From: Zootoca vivipara
Taxonomy: Eukaryota
Assembly: GCF_963506605.1 (NCBI RefSeq)
Contig: NC_083288.1
Location: 4,774,001-4,838,000 of the forward strand
Length of the DNA: 64,000 nucleotides
Direction of reading: 5' to 3'
The notes under the pieces are model-generated. The model ran no database searches and was not told the origin of the DNA. It saw only the letters and a program-made list of their open reading frames with translations. The position numbers were made by a program, and so were the translations under genes. Below are positions 26,222 through 38,418 of the stretch, piece after piece (the stretch's first letter is position 1; each line of letters begins with the position of its first letter).

Positions 26222-26495
26222 CAGTGGTGCCTCGCTTAACGAATGCCCTGCTTAACGAAATTTCCGCTTAACAAAAGGATTTTTTGAGCGGAGGTTGCCT
26301 CGCTAGACGAATTCGTTTTATGAAAAATTCGTCTAGCGAATCGCGTTTTCCCATAGGAATGCATTGAAATTCAATTAATGTGTTCCTATGGGCAAAAAAA
26401 AATCCGAAAAAAATCCAATGCATTCCTATGGGATTCGCTAGACGAATTTTTCGTTATAAGAAAAGACCTGTGGAATGAATTAAATTTGTCTACTG
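26222..26495. mobile_element. Tc1/mariner MITE with partly deleted right TIR
   Basis: TA-CAGTGGTGCCTCGCTTAACG…ACTG-TA; ccataggaatgcattg internal motif shared with 87-329. Confidence 0.75.
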
Positions 26496-26960
26496 TATAT
26501 CAATGCACCTATGGCATAGTGACAATATTACATTCAGGCACACCCTGCCCTGAAATTGGTGGGAAGGAACCAACCTCCCATTGCAAAACAGCAATGCTCA
26601 GTTCAGGCAAAATAAAAAGAACAGCGACTTGGTATTCCTAGCTGCCAGTCACGATCCTGGATAAAATTTCTTTCTAAGCCTTCTGGCAAATATCTCTTTG
26701 TCCATGTAAAGAAATCATTTGGGGATAATTGAGGGAAACAACCATATGTGGGAAGGCTGATGCCCAGCACAGGTTCCTAGGTTAATGTCTAGTGAAGAGA
26801 AAGAATTCCCATTCCAGTTCAGTCTCTTAGCCCAGATCTCTGTCCCAGTGCCAAGTGGCCTGAGGGTTGGCTTCCTGCGTTGTGATGTAGCAAAGCCATG
26901 GAACCAGCCACTTCTTGCCAGCTGCCACCCAGTCCCCTTTCTGCACAGAACCCACTTTTA

Positions 26961-27158
26961 CCGGGTTTGCGTCTCCGCTCCTCCACATGCAGCTGCTGGG
27001 TGACCTTGGGCTAGTCACACTTCTCTGAAGTCTCTCAGCCCCACTCACCTCACAGAGTGTTTGTTGTGGGGGAGGAAGGGAAAGGAGAATGTTAGCTGCT
27101 TTGAGACTCCTTAGGGTAGTGATAAAGCGGGATATCAAATCCAAACTACTCTTCTTCT
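26961..27158 (+). mobile_element. Squam3-like SINE, 5'-truncated, (CTT)n tail
   Basis: Near-identical to 13232-13398. Confidence 0.8.
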
Positions 27159-28168
27159 TTACATTTCATACATTGTGAAAATACAAAATGTAAACGTGGT
27201 CATTAGCAGAGTCCCATGGTGTGATTTGCAAAATACTGAATTCAGTTGTTTTTTAAGTACTTTGCAAATGCATCTATTCAAGCCTTCCCCAGCCTGATGC
27301 CTTCCATATATTTTGGGATGCAGCTCCCATAATCCCTGACTGTTGGCAATCTTGGCTGATGCTGATAGAAGCTGTAGCCCCAAACACCTGCAGGGTACCT
27401 CGTGGGGCAAAGGCTGCCCTGTGAGCTTTCACCTGAACTCTTAAAGGTGCACTTAAGTGCGAATTAGGTCTATGTCAAAGGGCTATTTGAAGTAGAAAGG
27501 ACTTTGATTTGGGGGGTTTCTTCCATAAAGTATGTCTTACAGAATTGATCCACAGATGTTAATAAAGTGCCAGAATAGAAGACTCATTATGCTAGAACTG
27601 TTTTTGTGAAGTTTCCCCACCAAATATTGTCCCAAGTAGACTTACGATTCAGAACCACCAGCAGCGTTTCCGTATGTGTGTCTATAATAAAAACTGTCGC
27701 TTTCCAAAGCAGTGTAAAATAGATAAATTGGCAGTTGTTAAATATCTGACTTAAGAACTTGTCACTGGAATTCTTCCAGTATCGAGAACTTGCCTCTGGA
27801 GGTTTTTTTTTTTAAAAAAAATGTTGCTTGCTGGGGAGAAATCTTAGGACTGCCATATCTCAGTCCTGCAAATCTGAATGGCCTGATATACATATTATGC
27901 AAACTATTTGCTGATTATGCAAATCACATGGTAGGTTGCAAAATAGCTGTGCAGCTCTCTTTTGCTGACTTCCCATTCCAAATAATCACTTCCAAAAATG
28001 TTTTTTATAGGAATAAAACTGATGGCAGAATTTTCTTAAATAAAACTGATGGCAGAATTTCCTTAAATATTCTTTCATGCAAAATGTATTTGAAACTTCA
28101 AAACCTACATAACAAATAATACCATCTTGGATATTGTAAAAAGACTTCTGTCTTCAGTCTTTACCTAG

Positions 28169-28690
28169 TAAGATTACCAGATTTTTTTCAAAGAATCCGG
28201 GGACACTTTTTTTTGAAAAGAGAAAAGTTATTGAAAAGAGAAAGTTATTTTTAAAGAAAAATTAAGGAGTAATATCTTCTCTTCTGTGGTCCCCTCTGTC
28301 GTGCGGCCTTCCTCTGGGCCCCACCTGCTCTCTTGGAGTGCTAGCTGCCGTGGAGTAGGCTCAGGTCAGGCGTGGGCTTGGCCACAAGTCCTTGCCCTCC
28401 CAGTGCTCTCCTACCTCTTTCCCTCAGCGGCATTTTTCTCCTTCCTCTTTCTCTTCCTCCTTCTCCTCTCCTTCTCCCTGCATCGGCTCCGGGCTTTTCC
28501 TGGCCCCAGAGCGCTGCTGGGCAGTCGGTGTGTGTGTGTCACAGTGGTTCCCCAGTTGACACGCCGGGCGTCCCTGCTTTCCCCTCAGCAGTGGCAGCGG
28601 CAGTCTCAGCAGCCCGGAGCCAGCCTGGTAGCGCAGTTGGCTCTGGCAGGCTTCAGGAGTTGCTCGCTGCCTTGGTGCCCACAATTGTAT
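28169..28690. mobile_element. Partial hAT element of the 54171-55102 family, opposite orientation
   Basis: Terminus taagattaccagattttttt…gaatccggggaca matches the reverse complement of 55060-55102; shared GC-rich block. Confidence 0.7.
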
Positions 28691-29787
28691 TTTAATATTC
28701 TGTTGGAGCCACCCAGAGTGGCTGGGGAAACCCAGTCAGATGGGTGGGGTATAAATAATAAATTATTATTATTATTATTATTACTACTTGCTTGCCATTT
28801 TGTGCTTTGACCTATTTGTTCTCCTTAAATGATCTATCCTTTTGGACCACTAAGCATACATATATGTGTGTATTGTGTGCATTTCTAACATTACTGATCC
28901 ATGGATGTCTTTGTCTTTAATTTATTAATCTGCTTTTCTCTATTACATTATTTTGAGATTGGTTGAGCTTTCATACTGTGTCGGCCTTAAAAGAATGATT
29001 TGTCACATGCATGGTTTGCAGAAATTTTAATGAATTAACATCCTCATCGGAACATATTTATGGGAGAGTAAGTTTCCACTGTGTTTGTGGGAATTACTTA
29101 CCTGGTTGCAACACTATAATCTATTCAGCAGTAAGTCCAGCTGAGATCAGTGAAACTTACTGCAAGGCAAGTGCTTATAGGAGTGTCATCAAAAGATTGC
29201 ATTGAGTTCTGTGTGGTGCTTGCATGCCTAGATAACAATATATTATGCCATCATGAAATGTTTTGAAATATAAGCCTGTTCATATAGTACTTGGCCATCG
29301 GGGTGAGATCGGGAGTGGACCTTAGGCTTGCATGCTCTGTGATTTGGACTCATACTAAACATGTCACTCTAATGCAGGGTTGGGGAACTTCTAGGCTGTT
29401 GGCATAATGTGGCTTGAAAGTCCTCCACACCCAGCAACTCTTTCTCAGCCACGCCCTTGCCCCAGCTACACTCTCTGTGGGCCCACTACACACCAGATAG
29501 AATTGTGCTGACCCCTGGTCTAGATGATGAATGCTGATCGTCTGAAGAGTGGGCCTGATTTTTGTCCCCAAGCCCAGCATCATAATGGAGATGAAAATAC
29601 CCTCCGCTGAAAGCTGATCCGCTGATAAACCAGGGCACTGAATAAGGGGGAGAAAGGAAGAGTTGTGTGCAATTGCATGTATGATTGTATGCATGTCTGG
29701 CCCTGACCGTTTTTGGGAATGCAGCCTTCAATAGCTTTCCACTGGAGTAATCTGCCCCAAGCCCAAAAGATTCCCAACCATCTAATC

Positions 29788-29923
29788 CAGGCATGGCCAA
29801 ACTTGGCCCTCCAGCTGTTTTGGGACTACAACTCCCATCATCCCTAGCTAACAGGACCAGTGGTCAGGGATGATGGGAATTGTAGTCCCAACACAGCTGG
29901 AGGGCCAAGTTTGGCCATGCCTG
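29788..29923. mobile_element. 136-bp hAT MITE
   Basis: TSD ATCTAATC/ATCTAATG. Confidence 0.9.
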
Positions 29924-30395
29924 ATCTAATGCATTGTTTTATTACATGCAGGGAGCTTTTTGTATAGGGGGAGCAATAAAAAAATCTATCGCCATTCATG
30001 AATTAAGCAAATTCATGTTTGCTTAATAGAAAACATCCTTCACTTCCCTATGGCTGAATGCAATGCATTGTACGAAATTGCATTGAAATCCCCCCTAAAT
30101 TTCATAAAATCGAAGAGTTTCAAGTCCAGATTTGCTGCTTGATTCGCATGTGGTGATTTGAGAGGGAGATTCAGTCTCAGGAACTGGGTAGAGCGGCGGG
30201 AAGAAATACAGTTAGTAACGACAGTGATGTTTTCTAACTTTTAAAACTGTATTTTGATACTGCCGCAGACAATGGCAACAGCAGAGCGCTCCTACTGGGG
30301 AGACAAACCACCATTTCATTTCCTCTACAATGGCTCTGGATGTAGTGTTCTGGGGCATTGTGGAGCCCCCATTTCCTGCCACACTGCCCCAGAAT

Positions 30396-30621
30396 TCTGG
30401 TTACAGGTAGGTAGCCGTGTTGGTCTGGATCGAAGTAAAATAAAAAAATTCCTTCAGTAGCACCTTAAAGACCAACTAAGTTTTTATTTTGGTATGAGCT
30501 TTCGTGTGCATGCACACTTCTTCACACGTATCTGAAGAAGTGTGCATGCACACGAAAGCTCATACCAAAATAAAAACTTAGTTGGTCTTTAAGGTGCTAC
30601 TGAAGGAATTTTTTTATTTTA
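30396..30621. mobile_element. Palindromic Penelope-like element remnant
   Basis: Inverted arms; TSD CCCCAGAAT; same family as 2681-2892. Confidence 0.8.
30528..30565 (+). ncRNA. Minimal hammerhead ribozyme motif, sense to the COBL pre-mRNA
   Basis: GUAU-CUGAAGA-A-GUGUG CAUG CACAC-GAAA-GC-UC-AUAC. Confidence 0.7.
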
Positions 30622-31276
30622 CCCCAGAATGACACTATGTCCAGTACCAATGCCTGAGGAATTTAATTTCTATGAATTCTGACATGGATGGCCTGCACCT
30701 TTCAGAAAACTCTGCAGGTTAGAATTTATTTTATTTCTTTATTAAATTTCTATGCTGCCCTTCATCCAACAATGATAGGGCGGTTTACAATATATTGGGA
30801 AAGCAAATTATGAAAAGCTTCCTTGCCTACTGCCCCAGAAGCTCTTGGGCCAAGGAGACTGCTTCATTTACTTGTCTACCACAATTTCATTTTTAAAAAA
30901 CTAAGCAATTTACAACAGAAGCATTACAGAAGATGTGCTTACCCTTCAAATTTTCTCTTGTCCAAATTTTGTGATGCACCCCAATGATTCTACCGAGATG
31001 TGTATTTGAGGATAAAATATGTTTGGAAATGTGTACAATGAAATAATACATATTTAGTTATATTTTTGTGATTAAATATTATTCAAATACAAATTTTGTG
31101 CAAATTGTTAAAACATTGGCAAATAAATGCGGAAGCTAGAAGGAACAGATGTATGAATGAATACACACAAATGTGATAGAGACCAGACCTAGAATGATCT
31201 ATACATTCCTAGAGTCAAGGTCATTCTGAGGGAAAACGAAAGAGTGACTGGACTGATGAGAAAGGATCTCTCTGCT

Positions 31277-31412
31277 CAGGCATCCCCAAACTGCGGCCCT
31301 CCAGATATTTTGGCCTACAACTCCCATGATCCCTAGCTAACAGGACCAGTGGTCAGGGAAGATGGGAATTGTAGTCCAAAACATCTGGAGGGCCGAAGTT
31401 TGGGGATGCCTG
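31277..31412. mobile_element. 136-bp hAT MITE
   Basis: 8-bp TSD TCTCTGCT. Confidence 0.92.
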
Positions 31413-31919
31413 TCTCTGCTGTTGATGGCAGCCAATTTTTTAAAGTTAGTAAAGAGCCACCCTCACTGCTGCTAATGCTGATCTCTCCCAAACTTGGGAA
31501 TGAATTTCATTACCCACCCCAGTTGCTGAAATAACTCCCTATTGCAGGGACCTGAGGTTAATATTTCTATCTCCCATTCAAGTTGCAAGTTCTTTTTTGA
31601 GGGCTGTGATTTCAGCCCTACAAAGGGTTCCGTGATCTTAGTTTCCAAACCAGAGGTCTATCGAGTAGGGTGGCTACTCTGAATACCGAAGTGGGCCATC
31701 TGTACGTTAGAACAGTTGCAATTCTATTTACAAAAAACTGCATTAATTTTTGCTCATGCTGGCAGCAGTCATAAAGGAATGTGTTGGATGTTTAATCCTA
31801 TGCATGTCTACTAAGAACTAAGCCCCATTGAGCTTAATGGAACTCACTTCAGGTAAGATTGCAGCCTAACATATTTTGTTCAGTCATTAATTATATTATT
31901 TGTTTTCCCTCCCCAACAG

Positions 31920-31963
31920 TTTATTGTTGTGCATCATTCCCTTCACGTACCAAGCGCGTCTGA
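31920..31963 (+). CDS. COBL: Candidate alternative terminal COBL exon, (V/L)YCCASFPSRTKRV-stop, giving a short isoform without WH2 domains
   Basis: Strong acceptor tttgttttccctccccaacag; phase 1 fits the donors at 21774 and 24666; resembles my recollection of a short mammalian COBL isoform tail (YCCASFP…KR). Confidence 0.65.
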
Positions 31964-32875
31964 CACAGCTTGCCTCTTCCTATGATCTTCATACCTCTGA
32001 AACCTGTTGCCTTTCTGCCTTCATTCTTTTTATGTTCCCTTTTCCCACACTGAGGAAAAAATTGTGTGAATGGCATCTTTTTGATTTTTTTCTCCTTCTT
32101 CATTGGCATCTTTCTGACTTTTTCTCCTTCTTCGTTGAACAAATAGAAAGTATTTTCACTTGCACCTTTGTGAGATATAGTTTCTTCAGTAGTGAAAAGA
32201 AATTCTGCAACTTGCTCAATATGTTATGTTGATTCAAAATAATCCAGTATTTGTATTGCTTCTTTGAGTCTAGTATTTTGTTTTATTTAGATTTGGGATG
32301 AGGGCCATTTAGCCCTGCAGATCTTGTTAGACAACAACTCCCATCATCCCTGACCACACTGTCCGAAGCTGATGGGAGATGGAGTCCAACGCCATCTGGA
32401 GAGCCAGACGGTCCTCATCTACAATAGAGGTGTTAAACTTTTTCATATATGCAACATTTTGTTGAAAACACATTTTTGGTGCAACTCCTCATTTTCCACC
32501 CATTCTAGTTATAGAGCAGAGGAGACTTCTTGGCTTCACAGGCCTGATCTTTAGCAGGGCTGGGGTTGCAGGCTGAATTTGACTGGTGGGTGGAGCCATC
32601 CATCCATCACCTGTCACTACCATCATGTTACTCAATACATTGAAGTGCCAGTTGGCAGCACCCGCAAAGCTCGTCAACCAAGCTCCACTCCTATAAGCCC
32701 TCATCTGATGCCATGTCAGTTGGCCAAATGGAGAGGACTAGTGTGCCAAATTTGTCTCACTAGCTAAAGGTTTCTCACCCCTGGTTTGTAGGACAACACT
32801 TGTTTAAATATGCAGAACATTTTATTTACTCCTATGTTCCTGTAACATCTGCCTAAACAGGTGTACTTGGTGTTA

Positions 32876-33389
32876 AAATCCCCGCGACGGGGTGAGTTCC
32901 CGTTGCTCAGTCCCAGCTCCTGCCAACCTAGCAGTGGTACCTCGGTTTACAACCACAATTGGTTCCGGAAGTCTGTACTTAACCTGAAACGTACTTAACC
33001 TGAAGCGAACTTCCCCATTGAAAGTAATGGAAAGTGGATTAATCCGTTCCAGACGGTCCGCGGAGTACTTAAACTGAAGCGTACTTAACCTGAAGCGAAC
33101 TTTCCCATTGAAAGTAATGGAAAGTGGATTAATCCGTTCCAGATAGGCCCGCGGTGTTTTTAAACCGAGGTGGTTGTAAACCGGGGTATGACTGTAGATA
33201 AATACCCTCTGGCAGGAGGGTAAATGCCATTTCTGTGCTCTGCTCTGGTTCACGAGAAGTGGCTTAGTCATGCTGGCCACATGACCAGGAAGCTGTACGC
33301 CGGCTCCCTCGGCCAGTAAAGCGAGATGAGTGCCGCAACCCCAGAGTCGTCCGCAACTGGACTTAATAGTCAGGGGTCCCTTTACCTTT
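32876..33389 (+). mobile_element. Sauria SINE interrupted by a mariner MITE
   Basis: SINE sequence on both sides of 32932-33194. Confidence 0.85.
32932..33194. mobile_element. Tc1/mariner MITE with an internal 90-bp duplication
   Basis: CAGTGGTACCTCGGTTTACAACCAC…GTGGTTGTAAACCGGGGTATGACTG-TA. Confidence 0.85.
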
Positions 33390-34455
33390 ATGAAAAGTAA
33401 GGATACTTACTCGCAGGTAAGAGTGCAAAGGATTGCAATGTCATACACGCTTCTAGTGAATAGGCCATAGCGAATGAAGATTTTATTCTGGCTAGACATG
33501 TATGCACCCTTAAGGGTCTATCAGACATAATAGGAATACAGAAGGCACATTTAAAAACATTCATATTTTCTCTACTTTTCATACTATTGCTGTCTTTAAC
33601 TATTTTGTTGTGATTCTATAAGTAACACTATATACTGTTTAGTATGTATCAAATTATTTTAAACCACTGTTTGTGTCCTGGTAAATCTGATTCCATAATT
33701 TTGTTTTTATATTCCCTTCAAGAGTATTGCATTCTTATGTGGGGTATTGGCGGGTTGTTGTTTTTTTATAAAAAAAATCAGCTCCTAGTTAACAGAATTG
33801 CAGGTGTTTTGGAAACAGTGAAAGTTGATCATGTATTTTGATTGGCATGTATTTTTTACTCAAGCTAATGGTTAAGCATGTGTTTTATGAGCTGAAATGA
33901 TGTTCACAGCCAGAGCTGTATTATGCACAGAAAAGGCTGTAGGTGTTGGAACTTTTTTTATCATGTAATACGTTGTGCTGGATTGATTAATTAGTCTTTT
34001 TTGCAGAAAAACTTGCACCTTGGAATCATTTCTCTGTGTGCAAATGCACACAAGCATTCACATGGGTGAGAAATACCTAAACAAGTTAAAAGAAATTTAT
34101 AGTGCACACATTTGGCTTGGAGGCATCATAGCAATTTCCATAAGCATTAAACATAGAAATGTGGCCTCCTGTACTATTTAGTTATCGTAAGTTTACGACA
34201 GGATAACAAATCTTGAAATCAATGCTATCTGTACACTATTATACACTACCTCCCCAGCATTTTTCCAATAGCTTTAACCTGTTAAGTTTATTGTTAAGAA
34301 TAATTGTTCTTCAAAGGAAGTCTAAACGTTTTCTGAGATATATGGTTAAACTGAACTCTGGCATTGAAACGCAACTCGGGGTTTGTCCACACTTTTGCTT
34401 GCCCTGTGCTTAGAAAGCACAGGCCCAAGTGGTTTTCCACTTGTCCCCTGTTGAT

Positions 34456-34459
34456 GATG

Positions 34460-34509
<50 letters not shown>

Positions 34510-34656
34510 GTAATAATAATAATTTATTTGTACTCTGCCCATCTGTCTGGGTTTCCTCATCTGTCTGGGTTCCAATATATATAAAAACATAATAAAACAT
34601 TACACATTAAAAAGCTTCCCAATACAGGGCTGCCTTCAGGTGTCTTCTAAAGGTGA
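34456..34656 (-). mobile_element. L2-type 3' end with (TTA)n tail, continuing after 35483
   Basis: Matches 10868-10960. Confidence 0.75.
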
Positions 34657-34658
34657 TT

Positions 34659-35471
34659 AAAGGTAAAGGTAAAGGGATCCCTGACCATTAGGTACAGCCG
34701 TGACCGACCAGGGCCGGCTCGCCCATTGATCCTAGTGGCGCCATGCACCAGGGCGCCTGGGGGCTGAGAGGGCGCAGAGGGGCACAGAGGGGCGCCCCAG
34801 CAAGTGGGGGAGCTGCGCGGCGGCCTCCCTTTTCCGCTCTGCAGCGCCCACCTTTTGTCGCTTGCCGCTGCTGCTGCCTGGTCCGGCGCCGCTCCGACTC
34901 CGCCTCGGGCCGGCTGGAAGCGCGCGTAAAAGGCGACCAGCTGCGTGCCCGGCCCAGCTCCGGCTCCTGCCGCGATGGCGGCAGCGGCTCCGGCTGCGCT
35001 GCTGCCGATGCCGCAGTAGAGCCCCATGAGCAAGACGCCCTGCACCGGCAGCGAGGCCACGGGCACCGCCGAGCTGTCGGGCCCCGCTAGCGCCTCGCCC
35101 AGCAGCTTAGCCAGCGGCGCAAGGCCACAAAGGCATCCCTGCCGAGCCCCACGCAGCTCCCGCCGCCGCCAAGCTGGAAGGACTGGGGGGGTCCAACTCT
35201 GGGAAAGGGGGGGGGCGCCGAAGGGATCTTTGTACCAGGGCGCCGGGTATGCTTAAGACGGCCCTGTGACCGACTCTGGGGTTGCGGCGCTCATCTCGCA
35301 TTCTTGGCCGAGGGAGCCGGCGTACAGCTTCCAGGTCATGTGGCCAGCATAACTAAGCCGCTTCTGGCGAACCAGAGCAGCGCACGGAAACGCCGTTTAC
35401 CTTCCCGCCGGAGCGGTACCTATATATCTACTTGCACTTTGACGTGCTTTCGAACTGCTAGGTTGGCAGGA
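34659..35471 (-). mobile_element. Sauria SINE (5'-truncated) interrupted by a hAT element
   Basis: TSD TCTAAAGGTGAT. Confidence 0.9.
34709..35266. mobile_element. Non-autonomous hAT element, 558 bp, GC-rich cargo
   Basis: TIR CAGGGCCG; exact 8-bp TSD TGACCGAC. Confidence 0.92.
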
Positions 35472-36295
35472 TCTAAAGGTGATATAGTTACTCATCACCT
35501 TCTAGGTTTGGGTCCGAGCAGTTTCCTTTGGAAAACCCACTCTTTTCACACTAAATTGGAACAAATGGCAATCTATGGAAAACCTGGTTGCTGTTTGTTC
35601 CAGTTCAGTGCTGAAGAACAGCTTTCCCTGAGGGAAGGCATCAGGGCAAATGGAAGTGTGGATAATCCCTCAGTTCACTTCCTTGGGGCTATACTTCCCA
35701 GGATCAGAGGGAGGGATGATTCTCATGTCACTTGGTTGAGATAACACACATATTGAGTCCCCTACGTGTGTTCACACAGATGTGGGCCTACTCCCAGGTG
35801 TGTTGGCTCTTATCTTTAGGAGGCCAAAGATTCTGTCATTCACTGGTGGCAGGGTTATGAATAACACCTGCCTGTTGGTCAGAGTCGGTGGCGGTCTATA
35901 TACAACCGAAAATCAATTCATATTTAACGAAGGAAATGAACCAGTGGTGGGGAACTGGATACAACCTGTGACCTCACCTGCAAGCCATATGGACAGGTAG
36001 GTAGGTCAGCTCACCTGTCAGTCACCTGTTGTCATTATGATACCAACTTCAAAGGGACTTGCTGTCAGCACCAAGCAGCATTACTTGCCAAGGAACAATC
36101 TGGAGCACACTTCAGACTCCTGAATAATCCTTTGCAACAGCACCTTTACCTGCTGCACACCGGCATCAGGTGTGGGGCAGCCGGGCAGGTGCGCATAGTT
36201 TGATGAAAACAGACTTGTGGGCCAAATTAGAATCCCTGCCAGGCCTCGTTACGCCCACAGGGCAGATATTCCCCATCACTGCACTAAACCAAACC

Positions 36296-36537
36296 TAGTT
36301 ACAGGTAGGTAGCCGTGTTGGTCTGAGTCGAAGCAAAATAAAAAAATCCTTCAGTAGCACCTTAAAGACCAACTAAGTTTTTATTTGGGTATGAGCTTTC
36401 GTGTGCATGCACACAGATTTGTTATCCTGTGTGCATGCTATCTGACGAAGTGTGCATGCACACAAAAGCTCATACCAAAATAAAAACTTACCGTAGTTGG
36501 TCTTTAAGGTGCTACTGAAGGAATTTTTTTTATTTTG
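36296..36537. mobile_element. Palindromic Penelope-like element remnant with degenerate hammerhead core
   Basis: Same family as 2681 and 30396; TSD CTAAA(C/T)CAAACC. Confidence 0.8.
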
Positions 36538-36574
36538 CTAAATCAAACCGTCCTCAGAGCAGCATTACCTAGCT

Positions 36575-36826
36575 CATGGGTAGGCAAATAAGGCCCAGGA
36601 GCCGGAGCTGGCCCAATCACCTTCTAAATCCAGCCCGCGAACAGCCTGGGAATCAGCGTGTTTTTACATGATCAGAATATGTGCTTTTATTTAAAATGCG
36701 TCTCTGGGTTATTTGTGGGGCTTAGGAATTCATTCTCCCCCCCCCTCAAAAAAATATAGTCTGGCCTCCCACAAGGTCTGAGGGACAGTGGACCTGCCCC
36801 CTGCTGAAAAAGTTTGCTGACCCCTG
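36575..36826. mobile_element. Non-autonomous hAT-Charlie element, 252 bp
   Basis: CATGGGTAGGCAAA…TTTGCTGACCCCTG ends; 8-bp TSD ACCTAGCT. Confidence 0.85.
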
Positions 36827-37384
36827 ACCTAGCTCATTCGAAGATGCACTGGTGGTTATTTGCTTAATGAGAAAAGAGCAGCCACAGAAGGATGAAATTC
36901 AAGTACCCCCTTTGCCGCTGAGAAAAAGCTAAGTTCAGCCTCCACAGAGTTTCTAGAAGTTGCACTTCTGGGTGGGGAATGAATGCAACTTATCTTTAGT
37001 GACTTACATGTATAGTCAATTGCTATTCTGCCCCAGCAAGGGGTTCTAGCGCAAGTGGGGTCTTGTGCTAGGCAAGGAGTCTGCATCCTATTCTATTCGC
37101 ACCTGGAAGGTTCAGGAAGCAAAATCTGGTTAAAGAAAGGTCAAGTTCCCCCAGGCAAGGTCAGACAAAGCAGAGAGTAACCAAGATAACCGAGGTTGAA
37201 AGAAGCAGAGGTCAAAGCCCAAAAGGCAAAGAAGCACGATAAATAACACCCAGGATAGCTCCAGGTAGCATCTGGATTGAAAGGCAGATTTGAATGTTGC
37301 TGCAACAACAAACAAACCCAGACTGAGGGCTTATACACACTTTCCTTTCATCAGCTCTTTCCAAGAATGGTTCATGGTTTACAG

Positions 37385-37520
37385 CAGGCATCCCCAAACT
37401 GCGGCCCTCCAGATATTTTGGCCTACAACTCCCATGATTCCTAGCTAACAGGACCAGTGGTCAGGCATGATGGGAATTGTAGTCCAAAACATCTGGAGGG
37501 CTGAAGTTCGGGGGTGCCTG
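37385..37520. mobile_element. 136-bp hAT MITE
   Basis: TSD GTTTACAG/GTTTATAG. Confidence 0.9.
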
Positions 37521-38074
37521 GTTTATAGCTTTGTGTCCAAGCACCCTTCTTTTTGCTCTGGAGCTTTCCCTGTGAAAATCTACTCTTGAAAGCTCAATTG
37601 GAGCAAACGTCCATTCTGCAGAAAACCCGAATTGCATAAATTATATAAATTATATAAAATCAATAACGGCAACAAACCCTGCTGAACAATACTCCATCCC
37701 AAGAGTATCTTCAGCAGTCTCAACTTTTGTAGCTGGAGTCAGTCCAGGCCCCGCCCTCCCAGACTAGGTGGGAAAAGGCCTGCAAGGCAGGGAGCAGGTC
37801 TTCTAAGACTCTTCCTACAATAGCCTTTACGTGAGCTGCCTGGCCTGAGGGCACTTAAGCCCTCCTGGCCAGAAGTAAATAGACTACAGTAGATTAAATC
37901 ATCCCTACTCAGGTGAGAAGGAATGGCAGGTGAGAAGGAATGGCCCCCTCACTTCAGCTGGAGCTGGGCACACCTCCATTAGCTAAGGTTTCTATCTTAA
38001 TTTCCAATCAGTGACAATTGCTCATTTGTTGGATTTTTGTTGTTGTTGTTTGAATGACAGGCTCTCAGCAACTG

Positions 38075-38412
38075 TAATAATAATAATATTAATATTAATA
38101 TTAATAATATTAATAAATGTCCAGCCACTCTGGGCGGCTCCCAACAGAGCATTAAAAACACAATAAAAGATCAAACATTAAGAACTTCCCTATACGGGGC
38201 CGCCTTCAGGTGTCTTCTAAAAGTCAGATAGTTGTTTATTTCCTTGACATCTGATGGGAGGGCATTCCACAGGGAGGGCACCACTACCAAGAAGGCCCTC
38301 TGCCTGGTTCCCTGTAACCTCTCTTCTCGTAGTGAGGGAACCGCAAAAAGGCCCTCGGAGCTGGACCTCAGTGTCTGGACTGAATGATGGGGCATGGAGA
38401 TGCTCCTTCAGA
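38075..38412 (-). mobile_element. L2-type LINE 3' fragment
   Basis: ORF RAFLVVVPSLWNALP…FRRHLK, typical L2 ORF2 C-terminus. Confidence 0.8.
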
Positions 38413-38418
38413 CGCGGC

